From the NCBI GenBank assembly GCA_001179505.1, contig CDMY01000854.1:1-15259 (forward strand): 15,259 bases of DNA, given 5' to 3'. The notes below the pieces were generated by a model, which did no database searches, was not told where the DNA came from, and was given only the letters and a program-made list of their open reading frames with translations. This DNA is from Vitrella brassicaformis CCMP3155 (taxonomy: Eukaryota; Protista; Chromerida). Below, piece by piece: positions 1-8,700 of the stretch. The position numbers and the translations under genes are program-made. How positions within the stretch are numbered: the first letter of the stretch is position 1; the number at the start of each line of letters is the position of its first letter.

Positions 1-672
1 GTTCGCTACCCAATGGTCATTTTCTGGATGCCTTTGTGCTTTCTTCGTGATTTTCTTTTCCTGAGTACACGCCGTGCTGGTTCGTCTTGAGAGGGGGTGT
101 CAGGATTGCCAGCTTGGCAAGACGAACCACTGCGAGCTTGTGAGCTTGTGAGCTAGGGTATATTGCTGTGTAACGGGTGGAGAGATGAGAAGACAAGGAA
201 AGACAACTTTGACTGACTGGCCAGTCCATCGGTCTTATTAAAGTAAAAGCACTCTTACTCTGGGACTTACCGCCCAGCAGATCCTCTATTCAGCTAACTA
301 CAGGAAAGGTCCTCACCGGCCTTTTCGCACAGGGGCCGATGCAGCAGTCCAGTGATGGGCGAGAAATGCCAGCCTTGCAAATGCTGCTGCACAGCAAGGG
401 CTTCGTGTGAAATTGTGTGGCGATGCTTGTCGAGCTGTGAAAGCTGTGAGCTGATTGGATGGGAAACGAGCTCATTGCGTGAAGGCTTTGTCTTCTGTGT
501 GTGTCGCAAGCTGCTTGCAGTGGACGTTGTCATTTTATTCAGCGTGTGCTTGACTCGACTGAGTGTTTGTTTCGCTTGTGCAATGATGACTGGCTGGTTG
601 TCCATAGAAAGAACCCTCTTGACTCCTCTTCCTCTCTTCTCGTCACCAGCTAAGCTCGCTAACACGGGGCTG

Positions 673-2072
673 ATGTTGTCGGTGAAGCCTCCCCGTCCGC
701 CGAGGGTGGTTTGCATCTTGCTTTCGTCCGTGCAGCAGATGCCCGAAATTGAAACCGAAGGTCTGAACGAATGCGAAGAATACGAATGCACACAGCATGC
801 GAGTGCTTTGGTCAGATCAGGCAGAGAACATGCATCATGTGTTCTGCTGTGCCATGCAGGCGGCATCAGTGGATCCGCTTTGTTGGGCATCTGCCACCAG
901 CTGAAGGAGGCCGGGTTTGCGTGTGCCATCTCAACAGTGGCGGGCGAGGTCAGCAAGATGACGAGAGGGATGCACTCATGACTGCATGCTCCTCGCATTG
1001 CATTTGGACCTGGAGTGTGTGTGGTGTGCTCTGCACGCAGCGGCCTGCACTGGTGGATGTTGATCTGAGTGACGAGAAGATCCACCCCGACCTGCGCTCG
1101 CTCGTCGATGACCCGCTGGCTATCATCGACATCCGAGCATCCGACTACTGTGCACTGCTCATTCCGCACCATCTCGGTTGGTCACAGACACAGAGAGCCA
1201 ATACGTACGGACGAAAGAAGGGAGAGAGTGTCTGTCGTGTGGCCGGCTGAGATGGACGTGTAGGTGCGGCGCAGGACCTGCTAAACTGTGACGTGCTGGG
1301 TGACGTCCTAGCTGCCTTTCTCAAACAACACAGTAGCTGCCAGCTGCAACCACCTGAGAGAAGGTATCTCATTGATTTAATGGCCCCTGTCTGTTCAGAG
1401 CCCATATGCACCATCGGCTACGGGACATACGGTCTGTGCGCTAGACAGAGTCACGGCGACAGCAGCAACGGGTGGGTGGGCTGACTGACAAATGGAGGGC
1501 CAGCCCAGCGTGGGTGCTGTGCTGCATGCATCACGATATCGTTGTCTGTGTGTTGCTGCCTGGCCATCCATCCGTCTGTCTGTCTGTCTGTCTGTCTGTC
1601 AGGTGGCAGTTTGCTGCAGGCCGTCTCGTGACGGGTGTGTCTGTGAGTGATGAGTGTCGTCATCCCCACTTCGCCAAGCTGCCGATCGTCCTACAGGACT
1701 TCGTGGAAGAGAGCGGCGGCACATTTGTGGGTACGGATGGACACACGCAGAGAGCGCAGTGAGTCCTCCAACATGGATGCCATGTATGTTGTGGCGCGCG
1801 GGTCTGGTGTGGGCCGTTCAGAGTGTCCCAATGACCAAGTGTGTGTCATCGTCGACCGCAATCTCGTCACAGGTCAGGCAGACAGCTGACAGCGGGTTGC
1901 GTGTTCTATTGACTGACTAATGGTCTGTCTATGTGTGAAGGGAGTTGTGTGTCAATGTGTATGCAATGCAGGCCCGAATGAGGCCTCGACTGGGGTGTGC
2001 ATCCACAACCTGCTGTATCTCTGTCAAGACGATGGGCAGACAGCTGCCCCGTTGCTGAATGGCCTGGGCTAG
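673..2072 (+). CDS. GATD1: GATD1/PDDC1-like class I glutamine-amidotransferase-like (DJ-1/PfpI superfamily) protein; 8 exons
   Basis: Exons 673-760, 860-948, 1041-1176, 1264-1332, 1399-1471, 1603-1730, 1822-1872 and 1972-2072 join through GT-AG introns in consistent phase. The protein includes ALLIPHHLGAAQDLL, KPICTIGYG, LVTGVSV, FAKLPIVLQDFVEESGG and VIVDRNLVTGPNEAST..IHNLLYLC. These are colinear with human GATD1 as I recall it (ALLIPSCPGALTDL, KPICAVGHG, FARLPLVVEDFVKDSG, VVLDRHLVTGQNASST..VQNLLFLC). The start at 673 is inferred from homolog length. Confidence 0.88.
1574..1600 (+). repeat. (GTCT)n microsatellite, about 7 units, directly before the AG acceptor of GATD1 intron 5
   Basis: Read directly: gtctgtctgtctgtctgtctgtctgtc followed by ag at 1601-1602. 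Confidence 0.95.
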
Positions 2073-2649
2073 TGAGAGGGGGAAAGAGAGACAGAGGGAC
2101 GTATGCCGATAGATACCTTCCCTTTATGAGTCAGTCAGATGTTGTGAATAGCTATCTAGGGCCGTTGGCTGTGTTCTGCGTCCTTCCTTAGCGAGGCTTT
2201 ATTTATCCGTTGTTTGTACAGACGGCATGGATCCCTTCTGAATTAGGATGTTGGCATGTCTTATCCGCAATGGAGACAGACCGTCGTGTGGTCGTTTTCA
2301 TTGGCGACTTCCTCCGGTGCCATTTGTCAGTTCACACAATAGCAGGCTGACGAAAAGCATCCAAGGAGGTGCAGACAATAAAGACGACTCACCGGGACGC
2401 GCAAAAGCAAAGACAGAAGACAAAAACAGAAGCACTCGAACTGACAAACCATGAATCCGCAACGCAGCGAGTCACAACACCTCACAGTACTGCAAAGCAC
2501 AAATCCTCCACACACAACTTGTACACCTCGCCTTCGCGCCTCGCCTTCGCTTCGAGTCGAACTTTGGCCAGCACACCACCTCTTGGTAGGGAGGTGTACA
2601 TCAACGTCAATTGAAATCAAGGGCACATACACACACTCTCTCCCCTTCA

Positions 2650-4530
2650 TCACACACGCGGTGATGTCTGACGTGTCTCGTCCTTTTTCTTCTTCTCCTT
2701 GATGCCTTTCACGACAAGGGCCACAGAGACATACTGAAAACGCCAATCCACAGTGCCTTCGTTGCCTGCATAGCGCACGTAAGGCAGACGCATGACGCAG
2801 TTGTACCCAAGATGGCCACGAAGGCCTGGAACGCTCTTCTGTCCTGCAGGGCCAAGCTGGTATACAAAGCTCGTCTCTGGCGGCAAATCCAGCCTTTCAT
2901 ACGGGTATTGTTCCTGCCATGTGTATCTCTCGTCACATCGCCCCAGAAGATAAAGAAGGTCCTGAGCACCCGACGGGACTCCAGCATCAGCACTTCGAGC
3001 CGCATCCCACTTGTCCATAGCGTCCGGGTCGAGCAGCATTTGCGCAATTTCTGGCAATGCCTCTTCATGGCCCGACCATCCCACAATCGCACGGTAGTTG
3101 GTCAGCTTTTTGCCAGCCTCGTGTGCGAGGTCAGCTTTTGTCTTGAAGTTGTTGCTGCTTTTTTTGGTCCACTCTTTTCGATAGAAATCAGCAATCTTCC
3201 TCACGTCGTCGGCCAGGGTTTGGTCGACGACGCTGAACCACGGATCCTCGTCAAAGTCCGCATAGGCGCTGAGTAGATGGATTTCGCAATCGAAGAATTG
3301 CGACAGCAACTGATAGAGGGCGCTGTCGATGCCCTTCAGGTGGCGGGGTGTCATGCTCGACAAGGTGTAGTCATGGCTAAGTTGAAACACCCACGATTCA
3401 TTAGCCTGAGAAACCACAGAGCAAAAGACAGGAGCGGACGATCGCCTGTCTGTCTGTCTGTCTGTCTGTCTGTCGGGCTGGCTGACTGTGTGTGTGTGTG
3501 TGTACCTGTGAAGAAGTGAAGTGTTCTCGCATTCCATCCACCAACCGCTGCAACGGAGGAGCGAGCGGCCCGTTCTTCTTGAACCTTTTCATAGACCCCT
3601 GTCGTCGTAAGTTGTAGGCCAGCACGAGACGATAGCCGGAGGTCACGGGCTTGACGCTGTGGACAACGTCGGAGAAGAAGGCGATCCACCGACACTGCTG
3701 GCGAGCCAGCGATGTTTTCGTCTCTTTGTTGAAGCTGTCGCCATCGAAATTCCCCCCGTCATGCAGCAAGAAGTCGCCTCCATTGTATTTGGTCGGCAAG
3801 AAGATGAGCAGCGAGCCAAAGTGGTCATCTGACCGCTGAGTGTCCTTGTGCACCTCAAAGAAATCCCCTTTGCCGTAGATGAGCATCTTATAGAAGTCAG
3901 CCTGGACGCGGCTCGTCGGTGACATCTGCTCCTCCAGGTGTCTGCAGATGTCCTCAACCACCCTGGTCCAGTTGGCATCTCTTGCCTTGAGCGTCACTTT
4001 GTCTCCCGCCACCTCCCTGGACTTGCGTGCCTCCAAATCCATCAGTGTTTGGTTCCCCTTGCCGACGGGAGACTGGGATGTGTGCGTATCATATAGCTCC
4101 CTCAGTTCAGACGACTGCAGCACACACACACGTAGCCGGCAGAAGATACGTCAAATAACTTGGGTCAATCGTCACTTCCTCAGTCTATGGCGCTCACCGA
4201 GAAGGGGGCGTCTGTGATCGTCTCGCAGTCGGGTTCGAGTGTCCATGAGGGCCCGTGGATGGACGGCAGCAGGTCCAGGGTGCCCGAGATGAATGGCTTG
4301 GGGCTCTCATGCTCCTTCAGATGCCTCACAGCGTCGCCAACGGCCGTCCACGCCTCCTCCTTGGTCAGCTGCTTCATTTCCAGGGCGGATCTGAGGCGAG
4401 GTCTCGCCGCCGACAGGCCGACGTGCTGCTGAGGGGCCTGCTGCCAGAGAGGTGAGGACGGGATGAATGCACCATCAGCGACAAGACGAAGCGAAGCCAC
4501 CGTGACGGCGAGAAGGATTTGACTCATCAT
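2650..4530 (-). CDS. Fe(II)/2-oxoglutarate-dependent dioxygenase (2OG-FeII_Oxy_3 / prolyl-hydroxylase-like) with a putative bipartite leader and an uncharacterised C-terminal domain; 3 exons, about 565 aa
   Basis: Exons 4530-4198, 4114-3506 and 3405-2650, all phase 0 with GT-AG ends. The metal and cosubstrate motifs are intact: FFEVHKDT (HxD), FGSLLIFLP..YNGGDFLLH, and DVVHSVKPVTSGYRLVLAYN (distal His and Arg). The N-terminus MMSQILLAVTVASLRLVADGAFIPSS resembles a signal peptide followed by an AF motif. Confidence 0.88.
3446..3503 (+). repeat. (CTGT)n about 7 units (3446-3474) and (TG)n about 8 units (3487-3503) inside intron 2 of the dioxygenase gene
   Basis: Read directly; both lie within the inferred intron 3406-3505. 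Confidence 0.95.
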
Positions 4531-4737
4531 CACGACACGAGGAGACGAGGGCATACTCCGGAAGCAATGTCAAGGGTAGACGTGGACGTTTCGTTGCGGG
4601 AAAACGACGAAAAGCCCGGACAGATGGATCGGAGTCGAGCTCGCAGATGTGAACTCCAAACCGCTGTGGGAAGTGGAAATCCCCGCTGCCTCATCACAGC
4701 CATGCGCCCTTGTCAGCGTTGCCCGAAGAGAACTGAT
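4531..4737. promoter_or_regulatory. Short divergent intergenic region, probable bidirectional promoter
   Basis: Start codons of the dioxygenase (-, 4530) and rubredoxin (+, 4738) face away from each other 207 bp apart. No specific motif was identified. Confidence 0.5.
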
Positions 4738-5497
4738 ATGTTGATCTTGCTCATCTATCTCATCCTGTGGAGCAGCATCAGCGATGCATTTATCTCCCCT
4801 TCCCGCCTCTACTTGCGCAACACAATGCAGCCCGGCAGCAGCCACCTCCATCGCGCCTCGAGATCAACGCTTCACCACACCCGCAGCAGGCAATACCCAC
4901 AGTACCGGCGGTCAGTGGAGATGTTTCTGCGTGGCGGAGGCAGGAAGACGGAGGTTGTGGAGGAGCCACCAGCAGTCAAGATGACCGGCTGGCTCAAAGT
5001 GTGGTCAATCGTCCTGCCTGTTGCCATCATCGGCATTGCCGTCCTCAACCTGGTCACCCGGTCGGGAGCCAAGCGGACCAAGGCCATCATCAAGACAGAG
5101 GAGGACGCCAAGGAGCTGCACCGATTCACCTGCGAGAACTGCGGCTACACCATCTTCCCGGCGAGAGGCCGCGAGGGAAAGTTCTTCGGCGATGACTTCG
5201 AGTGCCCTGTGTGCGGGGCCAAGAAGGAACATTTCTACGACGGCAACGATCCAGGTACGGACAGGCACGGCATACCATACATACCTATGTTTGCTGTGTG
5301 GGTGCGTTCCAGATGACCCGCACAATAAGGCTCCTGAGGAGGGTGAGAGCGCGCCCGACAAGAAGCCGGCTGAGGGCGCGAAAGCAGAGCCAGCTGAGGG
5401 CGTCAAGGCAGAGACTGAACAAGAGAAGGCGACAGAGAAATCGGCTGACGTTGCGAACACAAAGGCGCCAGAACAGAAGGAGGAAGTGAGGGCGTGA
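4738..5497 (+). CDS. Rubredoxin-domain protein with a bipartite plastid-type leader, one TM helix and an acidic low-complexity tail; 2 exons
   Basis: Exons 4738-5254 and 5313-5497 (phase 1). Rubredoxin knuckles: FTCENCGYTIF...FECPVCGAKKEHF (CxxC...CPxCG). Leader MLILLIYLILWSSISDA|FISPS, then a Ser/Arg/His-rich stretch. A hydrophobic helix WSIVLPVAIIGIAVLNLV precedes the domain. An in-frame upstream ATG at 4702 is possible. Confidence 0.9.
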
Positions 5498-5755
5498 TTG
5501 TGCAGCGGCTATTCGCTCGGCAGGCGGCGGGAATTCATGGCATGGGCAGTTAGGTGGTACACTACTGTGTACATGCGGTCGATAGAGCAGAGCTGTATCA
5601 TAGGTCATAGAGAAGTGCTTCTGTGGGCGCACTTGCCGAGACGGTGGGTGGACACAAATGCTAATTTAAACCCCAACTAGTGGCAACTACTGACATGACA
5701 TGCCTATCACTCCCGTCACAAAAAGATCCACCAGCCAAGCCAGATACGTTACACA

Positions 5756-8700
5756 TCAATCACCCGAGAACGATGACACAGCGCTCTCAGAGAAGGCTGA
5801 TATCGATAACGAGGACACAGTAGGTTCCTTCCGGTGCCCTCGCTTCTTTCTCTTAGCGGCTGGCTTCTTTCCCCTTTTCTTCAGCCCTCGCCGTGTGGCC
5901 TCCTTGTCAATCCCCTCCTTGTCTGCAGCACCCGCACCCACATCCTCATCGGTATCCATTGCGTCTGGCTCAGGTGGCAGAACGACAGACACACGGCCGC
6001 TCCGCTTCTGCAAGACCCACACGAAAATCGTTGCATCAGTTGGCTGTCCGTGTGCCACATGATGTGGCTGTCTCACCTTTGGGGGCAAGTCCGCCGGGGA
6101 AGGGGGGAATACGTCGGCAGGCAGGTGCGTTGGGGCATCCACCAAGTGGCCACTCATTGACTTGTTGACGAACACGAAACTCGGACGTCGTGAGCCAGCA
6201 AAGCGCTCTCTAATCTTCGCCCTGAACACAGAACAGAGACGTGGATGCATGACGGAAACCATCTTCAGTCCTTTCATGCGCACCATTCGATATCTTGGCT
6301 TCCCGCCTGTTCATGCGCACCATTCCTCAGCATCACTCTCCCCATATTCGCTCTCCTCTCTCACTTGTAGACCCTGTCGCCTCGCGATCACACGGGCTAT
6401 TTGGGCGTCATCTCTTATCAGCAGGTGCCAGTAAGGAGCTCGGAGAAAAGGTCCGCCAGGGGCTTCTGATGGCACTCCCTCTTCTGCTTCTTCCTCTGCT
6501 CGGATGGATGGCGGGGAGCCCTCGCCTTCTCTTCTTTCCTCCGCTGCCGGTTCCTTTTCCGGTATTCTCCCGTCTCTGCGGAGCATCTCAGGTACACCAG
6601 GCAGGCCAGCCCTTGCTTCTCCTTTGTGTCTCTCCTCAAGCCCTCGCCTCGCTCGATCGACGTCTTCAGCCTCGACTGTCTCGTCGCGGACTTTGGGGAA
6701 GGCCGATTGAGCCAGCTCTATGTCTTTCGCGGACAAGGACGGCTCTCCTTCGCCGCGAGGCCTTTCCTGCCTTCAATAGCTTCCCTTTCTTGGACCGTCT
6801 GGCTCTCTCGGTCTGTTCCGGGGGCTCTTCAGGGATATCTTCGAGTGGAGGGAACGAGCGCAGTTTCTTCTTCCTGTAGCCCCACAGTGGTCGCATGTCT
6901 CGTCTGAGGATGGCGGCACGCCGGTCGGCCCGCTCGGACGGCGATAGATCGGACGTGGCCACTTCTGAGGGTGCTGAGGAGGGGGTGGCAGGGGGACTGC
7001 GGCTGAAGGAAACAAGAAGAATGGTACACAGTCGGTGATGATACATGCGAAGTCTCGCTTACGGGCTTCGTGCGATGGGGTATGTGTCGTCGTATCTTTT
7101 TTGGAGGCGCTTGGCCACCTCTCGGTCGAGGTGAGCATCTGGCACATCATGTCACATTTTGCACTGGTGTGCACAAACGTGCCATTGTGTTGGTTCACTT
7201 CTGAGGCTCGCTATCTCACTCCGGGCGTCCTCTCTCCACTGAAGGATACAATGGCAGAGTGTGACCAGAATCCAAGCCGGAATTGCCTGCTCACGTCCAT
7301 GAGGTCTACACCGTCTTGAAGTGCTTCAACGTCGCCTCTCAGCCGCTCATACGCCTGAAAAAGAAACGGACGTCAGGATGACGCTGGTATGTGTGTCAGC
7401 GACGAGGAGCGTGCTTACCTGTTCGAGCGCCTCTGCATACTTCATGATGGATTGTGAGTCGCCGTATACATCCTTCGTCTGGTCGATCAGCCTGAGTGAG
7501 AGAGAATACACTCATGTACAGCGATTAATGTCGCTCTTCTGTCTGTCGCCTACGTGTTTGTCTCTGCTTGGATGAGCTGCCGCTTGACACGGAGGATCGA
7601 CACGTCTGTCACCTGTCCAGCCGATGACAATGTCACCATTCAGCGTGTTTCTTCCATGTGCTCACTGACCAGCTGCTGCACCAGCACGAGTCGCCCCATG
7701 GTGAGCACATGTGTCTCCTGCAGATGCTTTGACTTGGGGCTGTTGAGCAGCCTCACGTAGTCTTCGAAAAAGCGAAAGCGCGTCGCTATTAGCAGATAGT
7801 CGACACTCCTGGGCCGCATCTTCTGCTGTAGCGCCTTGCAGAAGATCTTGAAAGAGTTCTTCACCTGAGAGTCACGAAGGATGTCAGCGCAGACAAGCAG
7901 GGGGATGATTTGGTTTGTGTCGTACCTTCTTGTTGACGACGATAGGGACGTCGTGGAAGACTTCCATGCCTTGGTCTTCTGACACGTCCAGCATTGTCAT
8001 GATGCCAAACTCAGGCTCCTGGTCATCCATGAAGGCCAGGTACTGCCATTGGGACTTGGGGTCTGATGACCACCGCTTAGAGACATGTGCACCACCTGCA
8101 TGCGCATGTCGACTTTGTGGCCAAGTGACTGACCTGTGATGCCCATTCGTCTGAGCTTGAATTTGAAGCGATCCACTTCCATCTGCCGCAGCCTACGAGT
8201 GGCATCAACCAGAATAGCTATAACCTAATGGACAATACACAGCCACCGATAGAGGAGCAGCACACAGTAAGCATCACCTACCAATGCCAGCACACAGAAC
8301 ATGAACATGACGGCGAATGCAGTCTTGAAGAGGCCGATCTCGAAGGCCTGCTCATACTGGGAGAAGGCCACGGACGCCACATGCCGCACCAGCATCTTGA
8401 CGCAGGAAGTGAATGAGGTCGAGAACGAGCGGAAAGCCACGTTGCGCGCTCCAAGAACCAGATGCCCGACGACCACGAACAGGACGAACAGAGGGATGAA
8501 AACCGCGCACAGAGACACGAGCTTCCACCTGTGAATGAAGGAAAATAGCCGCATACGAGTCAATGCTGCTTGGTGTGCTCACCGCGCCATGACGAGTGTT
8601 CGTGTGAGATAAGCCAGCCTGCTGATAAGATTGGCGAATTTGATGAAGCGGACAATAACGATGAAGATGGCGACAGCCGATGAGGTCACGAAGAAGCGGT

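Noticed and set aside
352-672. Cys-rich in-frame N-terminal extension of GATD1 (MMGEKCQPCKCCC…)
   Set aside because: The Cys/Val richness follows from TG-rich flanking DNA; homology begins near the ATG at 673.
294-1172. 292-aa minus-strand ORF
   Set aside because: Antisense shadow across GATD1 exons and introns; no motif and low-complexity His/Thr composition from CA-rich DNA.
1523-1530. TGCATGCA, an ApiAP2-type / RBFOX-like motif
   Set aside because: A single intronic occurrence in TGCA-rich sequence; not distinguishable from background by eye.
1731-1821. Peptide SSNMDAMYVV looked like a missing GATD1 exon
   Set aside because: A single 91-nt intron gives an in-phase junction (FVECPNDQVCVIVDRN) that fits the homolog without it.
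2073-2649. Short ORFs between GATD1 and the dioxygenase
   Set aside because: No coherent exon chain or motif; consistent with convergent 3' UTRs.
5756-8200. A separate Sfi1-like or nucleolar basic protein gene
   Set aside because: Its first exon continues S6 of channel repeat 2 (VLAL|VIAILVDA) in phase, so it is the channel tail.
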